From assembly GCF_001194135.2 (NCBI RefSeq), contig NC_068985.1:40502646-40566645 (forward strand): a DNA stretch of 64,000 nt, given 5' to 3'. The notes under the pieces were generated by a model. The model saw only the letters and a list, made by a program, of their open reading frames with translations. It searched no databases and was not told the origin of the DNA. Below, in pieces: positions 38,301 through 50,678 of this stretch (the stretch's first letter is position 1; every line of letters begins with the position of its first letter). This stretch comes from Octopus bimaculoides (taxonomy: Eukaryota). Made by a program: the position numbers and the translations under genes.

Positions 38301-39088
38301 CAGTTTCAGCCAGGTTGGTATCAAAAGGATTAAATACTGGGCCACACTTTAATACAATACTTGTATTTTCTGATGGTTTAACACTAAAGTTGATGAAATG
38401 GACCACAAAACAAGGAAAATTATAACCATGCAAAAGGCACTACATCCAAAAGCAAGCGTAAATTGGATTTGCATAACATGCATAGTTGAAGGAAGAGGTC
38501 TGGTAAATGTGACACAATGTATCAACAATGAGAGGCTGGTCGTCAGTTACTATCTGGTAAGATTGAAAGTAAGGAAGATTTTAAGAAGTGAGTTTCTGTG
38601 TAGAAAAGGGAGAAGCATTATTTGGAAAGTCAATGAGTGACAATCATCAGAGTTAAATACTGAAATGTATTTGGATTTGCTTTTCCACAGTAATCTAAAG
38701 AGGGAGGCTGAAACACAGCTATATAGTAATAGTATTAAGATGTTATTTTTTAGCGTCAAAGAATACCTGAGCTAGCAGACTGATGATCAAAAGCTTTCCA
38801 GCCAAGACCATTCTGTCTTTTTTTTTTCTTTTGTAGGTGTCTTGAACTATATCTTTTGTGTCCTTTACACTTTCAAGACTGTAGAGTGATTTGAGGTGAA
38901 TTTGTCTACTGTTGCTTTGTACATCAAGTGACCACATAGAGGTTTGCTTATTGGCTCAGTGTTTCAGATGTTTGGGGAAATGATTGAAGTGTTAGTGAGA
39001 TGGCTAATATTATTGCTTAGTTTGTTTGTTTGTTTGTTTGTTTTTATAGCTTTAGAACCCTAACAATCAAATGATCCTCTACTTTCAG

Positions 39089-39184
39089 ATAAATTCTCCA
39101 AAATTATTGAGGAGCTGAAGCTATGTCAGATATCAGGCAAAGAGCAAGCTTTGGATGACTTACTTAACCACCTCACAGATTCCG
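39089..39184 (+). CDS. Second coding exon, 96 nt, phase 1-1: (D)KFSKIIEELKLCQISGKEQALDDLLNHLTDS; possibly RAP1GDS1/SmgGDS-like N-terminus
   Basis: Branch-point-like ccctaac ~25 nt upstream, acceptor cctctactttcag|, donor TCCG|gtaagt. Open helical-looking frame in phase with the 6109 start exon. Confidence 0.7.
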
Positions 39185-40049
39185 GTAAGTGAAGTGATGC
39201 AATAATTTTATCATGATACAAATGCTGTTGTTGTCATTGTTGAGTAAACCAACAGCACTAGGGTAACCACAGAGACCTGTGGTAGCAACTAGCAGATCTT
39301 AAAGCAGAGACTTGAGTGTTATTCTGTTCTGTGGCCAATCTGTATAATAACCACAACCACACGTTTTTAGCCATGTAAAATATAAACTCTCAGACAAAAC
39401 ATGTCCATGTGCTCTCCAATCTGCTCCTCTTGTATAACATAGGGTATTATGCAATCCTGTTCATAGAATCAAACTGGCTGAGTGAGTAAGGTTTTAGACA
39501 ACCTACTTACAGATCATGAAACCTGTGCAGCGGTTTCTATCCTGAATTTTTTGTGATCACCCACCCTACTTCTTTTCTTTTCATGAACACAAATGACTGA
39601 TTCAGTAAGTCATTAAACAATCAACCAAAACATCAGTGGTTATGCTTCCTTTTGCTATTATTGTCTGTAACCAATATATTCAATTACCACAGTAAATTTG
39701 CTTATCACAATGTTTTAACATTAAATATGATGCACGAATGGTTATTTTTATTTAATACTGTATCTGTCTCATGTAATGGATTTTATTCAACCAAATGGCT
39801 ATTTGCAACATCAGTAAATGTTTATTCAGTTTTCCTTTATTGTTGGTGAAAAGTTTCTTCTTAGCATGTGGTTGGCTATGAGTACATGTTACTGACAAAG
39901 CCTAATGAAGCAGAAATGCATATAGTATTCTTACAGGCTGCTGCTAAGACAATTTTTATCTGCCTCCAGTATATTTTGTGTTTTTAAACACAGCACATCC
40001 ATGATATCTCAGAATGTGTACAATTTGTCTGTCACAATATATTTTTTCT

Positions 40050-40260
40050 ACTATGAGCACAAAGCCTGCAATTTTGATGAAGGCTAGTTAATTACATCAA
40101 GCTCAGTGCTCAACTAGTGCTTTATTTTATCAACCCCAAAAGAATGAAAGGCAAAGTCAATCATGATGTAATTTGAACTCAGAATATAAGGCTGGAAGAA
40201 ATTATGTTAAGCATTTTATCTAACCCACTAATGTTTCAACCAGCTCACCACCTTGCCTAT
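40050..40260 (-). mobile_element. Decayed family-A SINE
   Basis: ttttatcaaccccaaaagaatgaaaggcaaagtcaa...aatttgaactcagaat...cagctcaccacc is the reverse complement of the family-A head and core. Confidence 0.7.
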
Positions 40261-41504
40261 CACAATATATGAACATTAAATATGACACACAGATGTTTAT
40301 TTTAATTTAATACTACTTCTGTTACATATAACAGATTTTCAATTATCAAAGATTTTAATTTCATTTGGCTCTGTCTTAAAGTGCCACAGAGTTATACAGT
40401 TCATTACGGCTAACAGATTTATAGGCTACACTTAGTTGTTCAGGCAGCTACCATGCGACTGCTCTATCATAGTGAACCTGAGACTATACAATGCTTATAG
40501 TTGGCTGCAGCAGCAACAGCACTTAAACCTGAAGAGTGTTCTGTTAGCTTGCTACCCCATGTTGAAGTCATTTTGCAGGCTCAGTGAAATCAGTGACAAA
40601 CCTACTCCACTGTTTTTAGAAATGCCTTAACAATTTAATAGTTTTACAAAATGAATCACTCCACTAACCAAGAACATTTTGTTACTGGTAGTATTAAGCT
40701 ATATATGACATATTAAGCCTGCCACTATCATCCTATCACTCTACAAAAAAACAGGTACTGAGATACAAATAAGCGACAAAAGTTTTATAGGCCTTAAAGC
40801 TATAAGATATTTACATGTTTACATCCTACTCTCTTAAAAGAAAAAGATACATTAAATAACATATCCAAAGTACACTATATTTGAATAAAAAGACTGGATG
40901 ATCATGCTAGGAATATCTTTAATCAGAATTGATCTGGAGCTGAACAACACTGTGTTAGAACATCGTTGTGCTAGTAATGATGTATGAACTCCCAACTTTT
41001 CAGCTGACAGGATGAAATCTTACCCATAGAGCCATTGCTGGCTATTGTGGGCTGTTCATTCTATTAATGAAATTGTAGGTTAATTATGTATATGTGCATT
41101 AATACAAGATATAAATTGGCATCTCTACAATTCCCTCTTTTTAATTAACTTGATATGATGGCGGATGTCCTTTCTCCAAGCACATTTACAGTGTTTTACT
41201 TAGTTACTTCATTTGAAAAATTATACCAAGGTTGTTGTTTTTGTTTTGTTTGTTTTTGTTGGGGGGGGCAACCACTTCTAAGCCATGTTAGTATAAGGCT
41301 GGATAGTCATTGAACTCTAAGGAGACTAATATTGGTAATGCTTAATTAAAAGCAACTTTAGACTTCAGAGACCTTCTACATCTGAAGTTCTCTTTTTCCT
41401 CCTCCTCCTCCTCAGGAAATATCATTATGTCAGCCATATATAAGATCTAAGTGGAGAGGTCACTGGAAAGCAGTAAGCAAGATTATATAAACCTATATAT
41501 ATAA

Positions 41505-41660
41505 TAATAATAATAATAATCCTTTCTACTAAAGGCACAATGCCCAAAATTTGTGGGGAGGAGACTAGTCGATTACATCAACCCCAGAGTTTCACCAGTA
41601 TTTATCGACCCCGCCCAAAAGGATGAAAGGCAAAGTCAACCTCGGCAGAATTTATAATAA
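41505..41660 (-). mobile_element. Family-A SINE fragment between (AAT)n runs
   Basis: tttatcgacccc...aaaggatgaaaggcaaagtcaacctcggcagaattt. An (AAT)n microsatellite follows at about 41655-41720. Confidence 0.7.
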
Positions 41661-41729
41661 TAATAATAATAATAATAATGATAATAATAATAATAATAAT
41701 AATGATGACAATAATAATGATTATAATCC

Positions 41730-42000
41730 TCATCATCACTTAGCGTTCTGTTGTCCATGCTGGCATGGGTTGGACGGTTTGACTAGTGCTGGTAAGCTGA
41801 GGGACTGCACCCTTCAGTCTGATTTGGCATGGTTTCTATGGTTGGATGCCCTTCCTAATGCCAACCACTCTGAGAGTGTAATGGGTGCCTTTACATGCCA
41901 CCAGCATGGGTACCAGTTTGCATGACACCAGTATCTGCCACGATTTCACTTGGCTTGATGAGTCTTCTTCTCAAGCACAGCATATTGCTAATTATGGGTG
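41730..42000 (-). mobile_element. RTE LINE 3' end (one hairpin module plus tail)
   Basis: Reverse complement of the 25680-25950 region (ccatgctggcatgggttggac...ggatgcccttcctaatgccaacc...tcaagcacagcatattgc). Confidence 0.8.
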
Positions 42001-42946
42001 CTAATTATGCAATACCAGTATTGGCCACATTACTTCTGTGAAGCCCAACACTCAATAGAAAAATGAATATTCAGATGCACTGAGCCTTGCTCAGACACTT
42101 GTCATCATTATTTTATACCTGTTTTACCGTGATGGTATTGGTTAAAGTGGTCTGCTAGCAACTTTGGCATGGTTTTTTTTAATGGCTGAATATCCTTCCT
42201 ATTACTGGGTGTTTTATCAGATCATCAGCAAAAGAGTGATTGTCTGAAATGATACTATAGAGCCCCCTCTATCCTCTTTTTCTTTTTTAATTCAGAGTTA
42301 CTGCTCTCTTCAATAGTTTACCTGCATGCAGCTTGCAAAATCTATAATCTTTTCTCTTTGTTTCTTCACTCAGTATGCTATATACTCTATACCATAGCTT
42401 CCCAAAGTGGGCAATTTCAACTTACAGATTAGTGATGGGCGAATTTCTAGAAAATGATGGGCGATTTGAGATTTTGGTGTGCGATATGAATATTTTGTGG
42501 GTGACAGTGAATTTTTAGAAATTAAGTCTGCCTTTACTGATATCTAGGCATGCCTAGGATAAGAATGCACTTTTATTGATTTGACTACTCACATGAGACA
42601 TCCCTTTGTATTAAAAAAGTAGACTTTTTTGTCGAAGTCATTGAGATGGTTGTCATGCGTGCTAAAAATAGCAGCCAAATAGGCCTAGGCCTTAAATCAG
42701 ACTACACTACAAATTTTTTTTGCATAATCGTATGAAGTCCCATGTGTAGAATTCAAATTCACAAAAATCTTCTGAAAACCCCGAAAAATAAAAAAGTTAT
42801 GAGGAGTTATTATCATCATCATCATCATCATCATCGTTTAACGTCCGCTTTCCATGCTAGCATGTCGTGCATAATTCTGTTGTTTCAAAAAAACACAAAT
42901 GCTCAGGATGTTGACACACAAAATGACAGCTTTGAAATTGTGTTTC

Positions 42947-43935
42947 NNNNNNNNNNNNNNNNNNNNNNNNNNNNNNNNNNNNNNNNNNNNNNNNNNNNNN
43001 NNNNNNNNNNNNNNNNNNNNNNNNNNNNNNNNNNNNNNNNNNNNNNNNNNNNNNNNNNNNNNNNNNNNNNNNNNNNNNNNNNNNNNNNNNNNNNNNNNNN
43101 NNNNNNNNNNNNNNNNNNNNNNNNNNNNNNNNNNNNNNNNNNNNNNNNNNNNNNNNNNNNNNNNNNNNNNNNNNNNNNNNNNNNNNNNNNNNNNNNNNNN
43201 NNNNNNNNNNNNNNNNNNNNNNNNNNNNNNNNNNNNNNNNNNNNNNNNNNNNNNNNNNNNNNNNNNNNNNNNNNNNNNNNNNNNNNNNNNNNNNNNNNNN
43301 NNNNNNNNNNNNNNNNNNNNNNNNNNNNNNNNNNNNNNNNNNNNNNNNNNNNNNNNNNNNNNNNNNNNNNNNNNNNNNNNNNNNNNNNNNNNNNNNNNNN
43401 NNNNNNNNNNNNNNNNNNNNNNNNNNNNNNNNNNNNNNNNNNNNNNNNNNNNNNNNNNNNNNNNNNNNNNNNNNNNNNNNNNNNNNNNNNNNNNNNNNNN
43501 NNNNNNNNNNNNNNNNNNNNNNNNNNNNNNNNNNNNNNNNNNNNNNNNNNNNNNNNNNNNNNNNNNNNNNNNNNNNNNNNNNNNNNNNNNNNNNNNNNNN
43601 NNNNNNNNNNNNNNNNNNNNNNNNNNNNNNNNNNNNNNNNNNNNNNNNNNNNNNNNNNNNNNNNNNNNNNNNNNNNNNNNNNNNNNNNNNNNNNNNNNNN
43701 NNNNNNNNNNNNNNNNNNNNNNNNNNNNNNNNNNNNNNNNNNNNNNNNNNNNNNNNNNNNNNNNNNNNNNNNNNNNNNNNNNNNNNNNNNNNNNNNNNNN
43801 NNNNNNNNNNNNNNNNNNNNNNNNNNNNNNNNNNNNNNNNNNNNNNNNNNNNNNNNNNNNNNNNNNNNNNNNNNNNNNNNNNNNNNNNNNNNNNNNNNNN
43901 NNNNNNNNNNNNNNNNNNNNNNNNNNNNNNNNNNN
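42947..43935. other. Assembly gap (largest of six: 3164-3234, 19171-19264, 33628-34272, 42947-43935, 47420-47429, 49458-49687)
   Basis: Runs of N. Confidence 0.98.
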
Positions 43936-44169
43936 ATATATATATAAAATTTTATAAAAAACATTTTAGTCCTGGTTTCAGTCATTGAGACTTTTTCAAC
44001 TGTAAGTATGGAAAACAATTAAATTTTGGAAAAATTAAATGAGAAGTTTTTTAAAAGAATATTTGCATAGTATTCAAATATAAGATGCATTTTCCTTGTT
44101 TCTACCTGTCTCTGTCTCTCTTGTTTACTCTTGTGGGTTCGAGGTTGTTGTGAATTCTTGGCACAGAAG

Positions 44170-44517
44170 AAGAAGAAGAATGCGGGAGTGCTATGATAGT
44201 AGTAGGATGTTAAATGGTCAAGTGCCCTGAAAGTGACTTGTTGTGGATGGTAATAGTGATTGAATTCTTGAGGGACATCTCTTTTGAATGTATTGTTTAT
44301 AATATTTGCGTAGATGTTATTCTAAACAGCAATAGTAGCAAAGTAAGGAAGGAGGTGGTGGAGAGGAAGAAGACAAAGAAGAAGGAGAAAGAGAAGAAGA
44401 GAGAATAAGGGAATGCGGGATGGTATGATAGTAGTAGGATGTTAAATGGTCAAGTGACCTAAAAGTGGCTCGTTGTGGATTATAGCAGTGATTGGGACTG
44501 TTTTTAATGAATTCTTG

Positions 44518-44520
<3 letters not shown>
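44170..44520. repeat. Local ~100-bp direct duplication about 235 bp apart
   Basis: gaatgcggga..tatgatagtagtaggatgttaaatggtcaagtg occurs at about 44178 and 44411. Confidence 0.75.
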
Positions 44521-44576
<56 letters not shown>

Positions 44577-46264
44577 TGATGGAATAGGTAAAATGCATGC
44601 TACATATGTTTCTTAGCTAGGCGAAGCTCATGATATTCCAATAAATTGTTATTGTATCTTATTGTATACTGTCCACTTTTTGTTCTCTATACTGCTTACC
44701 AACTTCCTATGCTTGGATCCCCCGGATCATATTCATATATATAAAATATAATTTATAAATGCAAGACTTCCAAGAACTGAAAAAGAAGGAGGTCTTTTAG
44801 AATCTATTGATTAGCTTCAGGTGGCCAAGTGGTAAATCTCATACTTTTCACCCCACCCCATATGTGCTGGTCTATTACAGTAGGTAATATGCTCTTGTGA
44901 CCTTGAACATATTTCAACATCTAGGTGAACTGAGGCAATATAAAATTAAGGGTTCTATGCAGAAATACAATGGAATTTCTAAAGTGGAATTGCATTCATG
45001 ACCTATGAGTGGATAGTTTTATATTTTATCCGCTCTGCTAACTCACCTCTGAAATATATATTAAAAGATGTTAAAGATTAAAACAGTAAAGCATCACTCT
45101 GAATGCATTGTTATATTGAGTTTTGTCCCTCTGGTTTCTAAGTTCAAATTTCACAAGAGCCAAATTTGCTAAGCATCCATCTAATATCAGTCAATGAACT
45201 AATATAATTCAATCAACTATAAACTGCTCTTCTATGAAAATTAGTCTTGTACACTTGTAAGAAATCAGTATTATATAGTCTGAAAACAGCCATAATGTTT
45301 AGCTTTCATCTAGTGAGTTGTATGTGTCTTGGATTCAGTTCCCAGCTAGAATCTTTTCATTTCTTTGACACAAATGATTCAGGAAAGAAAAGTTTAAACA
45401 GACATAAATGAAGAAAGCTTTCTTTTTTTTTTTTTTTTTTAATCAGCAAATGTTATAAATTCAGCAGTGGCTTATATCAGCCCTAGAACCTAACTATTTC
45501 ATTTTATCAAAGTCAAACGATGAAAGACAAAATTCACCTTGGTAGGACCTGAACTCAGAATGTAGAAAAATATGGCTAAATACTGCAAAGCATTTTGTTT
45601 CTAACAATTTTGCCATCCAAAACAACAACAATAATAATAATAAAAGCCCTTTCAACATTTGTAGATTTGCATTAGCTGTCAAATAAATTTCAGATTGCTT
45701 GTGAACTTTCATTAAATAAACATATGCCATTGATTTAGAAATTCTAAATTTGGTTCACAATTCTTCTGATAGCTTCAAATCAACCAGTCAACCTGACTCT
45801 GTTGTTTTGTATTAACTGTCCTTGAAGAACAGCACACTTGTCAGTTCAATTTGTATGGTAAACAAACCCCTCCAAGGGCTGTAGGGTGTAGGAGAGAAGA
45901 TGGAAGCAAGGTGGAGTTGGGGGACTATATTATTGGGTTTGCTCAACTTGAAGATACTTATAAATGCTGGAAATGCTTAAGAGTATTTGTAGAAGAGAGG
46001 GAGGGGTTGAATGGTAAAAGTGACATAAAAATCTTTTGAAAAAATTAAAACAAACATTAAATATTTATATTTATATTTATATTTCATCTATATTTGATAT
46101 TTTGAGATTTAAAAAAAAAGAAACATTATGTCAACAAATGAATATGCGTGACTTAATGGCTGGGGAACAAAAAATTATTGCCTATGTATTTCTGGTTGAT
46201 CATTAAATGCTTTTAAATAATTGCTTTCTAAATGTTGTTAAGATCGAAATCGAACCAAATTCAA

Positions 46265-46662
46265 TGACTGGCACCCGTGCCAGTGGAGTGCTAACAGCAC
46301 CATCCGAGCATGATCATCGCCAGAGCAGCTGTCTGGCTTCCATGCCGGTGGCACATAAAAAGCACCATTTGAGCGTGATTGTTACCAGTATCGCCTTACT
46401 GGCACATGTGCCGGTGGCACGTAAAAAAACACCATTTGAGCGTGGCCGTTGCCAGTACTGCCTGACTGGCCCTCGTGCCGGTGGCACGTAAAAGCACCCA
46501 CTACACTCTCGGAGTGATTGGCATTGGCATCCAGCTGTAGAAACTCTGCTAGATCAGATTGGAGCCTGGTGCAGCCATCTGGTTCGCCAGTCCTCAGTCA
46601 AATTGTCCAACCCATGCTAGCATGGAAAGCGGACGTTAAACGATGATGATGATGATGATGAT
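46265..46662 (+). mobile_element. Young 5'-truncated RTE LINE 3' end with tandem twin-hairpin repeats and (GAT)n tail
   Basis: Near-identical to 15700-16063. CpGs retained. Ends in gcggacgttaaac(gat)7. Confidence 0.85.
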
Positions 46663-46724
46663 CTCAATTAGAATACAAAATACTTTCTTTGGAGTTTGTG
46701 GCCAAATCCTGACATTACATGTAT

Positions 46725-46945
46725 GCATGTGTATCTTTGTGTCTGTTTGTCTTGCCGCTACTACTTGACAACTGGTGTTGGTTTGTTTACATCCACATAA
46801 CTTAGCAGTTTGCCAAAAGAGTGATAAAATAAGTACCAGACTAAAAATAAATAAGTACTGGGGTTGATCCGTTTGATTAAAACCCTTAAAGGCAGTGTCC
46901 TAGCATAGCTACAGTCCAATGACTGAAACTAGTAAAAGATAAAAG
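46725..46945 (+). mobile_element. 3' half of family-B SINE
   Basis: cttgacaactggtgttggtttgtttacatcc...ataagtac...gactgaaactagtaaaagataaaag. Confidence 0.7.
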
Positions 46946-47383
46946 ATGGGAAAAGTTAGGAATGATGGAAGTAGAAAGAGATGCTTGGATAAAAGAGAAA
47001 CAGCTTGTCATTTTCTGTCTGGTTGTAAAGAACTTAAGATGATTGTATTAAAAAAAAATACAGAAACAATATAAGTGGTACACTGATGATACTTACATTA
47101 GCTTGGGCAAAGTTAAGAATATTAGTAGTTTAGCATGATATATACATAAAAAAATAAAAAATAGAAAGGCAGAACACTTCAAGAACTAGTTCTATTGAGA
47201 TTTCAAATATCATATATCAAAAATCAAAGATTTAATTTTAGAAGAAATAAAATACTCTGCCAAGAAAATATGGATTATTGATATGGCTTGTCTCAATAAC
47301 AAACAAAATAGTGAAGAATAATAACAAGAAACATTAAGGAAGTTCCAGTAAGTAGATTTAGAGATGTGTGAAGGAAGGAGAGT

Positions 47384-47419
<36 letters not shown>

Positions 47420-47429
47420 NNNNNNNNNN

Positions 47430-47465
<36 letters not shown>

Positions 47466-47843
47466 AGATAGGCTACTTAAGCAGCAGGATAGCTGAATTT
47501 TAAAGGCATGTGAACAGAGTAATGAGACATAAAATGAAAGCATTAAGAAATATGTAAACAAATGCTGAAGGTTCTTTGTAGCATGGGGAAATGAAACCAT
47601 TGAGAAAAGCAGTCAAAATATTGAGCATCTCTAGTGTAATTGGTATTTTTGCCACCAGGTCAACACTGATCGAGCAAACCTCCAACGATCACTGGTGCTT
47701 AAGTCTAGGACTACTTTTGCTCATGTGTCCTTTTTTTGTTATAAAAATGCTAGGATGCAATTTGAAGGAATTGTCTGCTAGTTCCAGCAACCCAACTGGC
47801 ACATAGATGCTTACTTTTAAGCTTATAAACTTTACTGTTTTAA

Positions 47844-48068
47844 CCCCGTGGAGACGGATTTAGTATTGGCTGTATGTACTGTGTACTGGTATTAGGCTAT
47901 TCAGTAGCTACATAATTTTTCCTACAAAAAATTTTACAGTATTTACAAATTCTTCTCACTGTGATATATTTGAAAACACGGTGCCACACAGAGCGAGACA
48001 TCACACTGCTCAGACACAGTGATTCGATGTACCTCTGGCCGTCAGTACCACTTCTCATCTGCAAGGGG
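47844..48068. mobile_element. piggyBac-type MITE of a second family
   Basis: TTAA|CCCCGTGGAGACG ... CATCTGCAAGGGG|TTAA: imperfect TIRs with TTAA on both sides. Confidence 0.55.
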
Positions 48069-49407
48069 TTAAAAGAGGCTAACAAAATTTTAGCAATCTA
48101 GTAACCTGACATATTATACGCTAATACTTTAAATAATAATCATGAGTGTAACAGTGGTACAAGGCCACAAATTTAAGTGATGGGTACAGTGAATTAAATC
48201 AACCCTGGTACTTAATTATTACTTTATTTTATCGACCCCAAGATCAATAATGTTAGCAATAACATTAAACTAAATAATAGCCTGTATTAGTTTGGAACTG
48301 ATCTGGATAATAGAAGTCACTAAGTTAATCCATATCATCACCAAAACTTTGAGGTAATACATATTGATGTAATCCTGTTGATTGCACAGTAGTTGTGTCA
48401 ATGTATGCATGTATTAGATGTCATTTACTTTGACTACAATTATAGCTATAAAATGTTCACAGGCATATAATATAAATAATGAAAGTGCTATTTCTCTTTA
48501 AGTACTATATTATATTTCTGAGTATTTTTCTTTTTCCTTTTCATGTTTTGTGTGACAGCGAGTTGTAACCATCTGTTTATAGAAATAAAAAATAAAAAAA
48601 GTAATTCATAGACAAGAATTTCACCGGCCAAAATATGGTTTAGTTACTTCTCTATGAACTGTGATTTTATTTCTTTGTACCTTACACTCATATATGCACA
48701 TGCACACACACACACACACACAATGATTATAGTCACGACACCAGAATCAGAATTGTATGAGACTATGGAGTATAGAATTCATATTCTATAACACACAAAG
48801 CTCATGTAATGTTACATATGTGTGTGCATGCATGCATGTATGTATGTATACATGCATGTTTCATGTATGTGTGTGTATGTATGTACACATGTTTGTACGT
48901 GTGTTTGTGTATATAGGTGCAGGTGCTTTGTGTGTGTGTGTGTGAGTATGTATATGTGTGTGTACAATGTTATTTTCTATTTTATCTCTACCATCATTGC
49001 TAGCTTACAAATGATCAAAGCATTTTGTTCTTCATTCTGTTAACTGAAATTGCGTGTTTTGGCGAAGTAAAAGCAAAAGGTGGTGGCGATGATGGTGGTA
49101 GTGGTAATGTAGTTGATGGTGAAAGCTGCAGGCTAGAAACAGCTACAGTCTTGAATATTTAACATCAACATTTATATGACTTTGTGATTGACCTGATGCA
49201 AGTCACTGTTTCATGATGATGCTGTTCCATATGGAAACATGTTTTGAAATATATTGATTTATATGTATGAGAGGTGGATGCAAAAATAATGTTCTGACTT
49301 TGCACTTCCATTTCCTCCTGAACAGAAATAAAAATCTTTGAATTGTTCAAGAACATGCTGAGTTCATTATTGAGATACAGTAGTTCTGAAGCAGACATTG
49401 TTATAAA

Positions 49408-49457
<50 letters not shown>

Positions 49458-49687
49458 NNNNNNNNNNNNNNNNNNNNNNNNNNNNNNNNNNNNNNNNNNN
49501 NNNNNNNNNNNNNNNNNNNNNNNNNNNNNNNNNNNNNNNNNNNNNNNNNNNNNNNNNNNNNNNNNNNNNNNNNNNNNNNNNNNNNNNNNNNNNNNNNNNN
49601 NNNNNNNNNNNNNNNNNNNNNNNNNNNNNNNNNNNNNNNNNNNNNNNNNNNNNNNNNNNNNNNNNNNNNNNNNNNNNNNNNNNNNNN

Positions 49688-49720
<33 letters not shown>

Positions 49721-49723
<3 letters not shown>

Positions 49724-49852
49724 CATAGCTGTGTGGTTACTTCCCAACCATATAGTTCCAGGTTCAGTTTCACTACATGGCACCTTGGACAAGTGTTTTC
49801 TACTGTAACCTCGGTCCAACCAAAGCCTTGTGGAACGGAAACTGAAAGAAGC

Positions 49853-49893
<41 letters not shown>

Positions 49894-50112
49894 GTTGTGT
49901 GTGTGTCTGTTTGACTCCCCACCATCACTTGACAACTGATGCTGGTATGTTTATGTCCCCATAACTTAGTGGTTTGGCAAAAGATCCAGACAATAAATAC
50001 TAGGCTGACAAAGAATAAGTCCTGGGGTCGATTTCTTTGACTAAAACCATTTAAGGCAGTGCTCCAGCTTGGCCACAGTGAACTGACTGAAACAAGTAAA
50101 AGAATAAAAGAA
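49721..50112 (+). mobile_element. Family-B SINE with internal (TA)n
   Basis: aggcatagctgtgtgg...caccttggacaagtg...gaaagaagccc(at)n...gactgaaacaagtaaaagaataaaag. Confidence 0.8.
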
Positions 50113-50678
50113 AAAAAATATATATATAAATACACCCATGTGTGCACAAGTGCACATGCATTTAATCCTTATCTGTAAATCCAACAAAATATATACTATT
50201 TCACTCAAAAGCTTGTCAGGAACTACTTTTGTGTTTGAGATTAAGCTAGTTATATTGAGAACCTAGGTAGAAAACCAGATATAGAAGGATATAAGGTTGA
50301 AAGGAAGCTTCACTAGTGGCTGGATGTGTTTCAGCAGGTACAGTATCGGTGATGCTATAATGACTTGTGACGGTGCCCCAAGGGATAATGAAGTTCAGGA
50401 TATATGTCAATAACGATGCTAACATATATGATGTATAGAAATTCATGGAGGTGTAAATGCTGTTTGTCAGTGTAAATGGTGTTTTTAGCAAAGAGGAAGC
50501 TGTTTGTACTGGTTAAGGGTGGCAAAGATTTGTAGGTTGGTGGTGACAATACAATGGAAGGGATGGGAGGGAATTCCAAGGTGGATTGCAGTGATGGTTG
50601 CAGCAGTGTTAGTGGTGAAGATGGGTTTATTGGTCAGGGAGGGAGTAATGCAGTAAAACTGGAAATATGGTTACATGG

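Noticed and set aside
42742-44018. 350-400 aa ORFs (also 33476-34429, 49165-49939, 18769-19372)
   Set aside because: Length is due to N-gaps translated as X.
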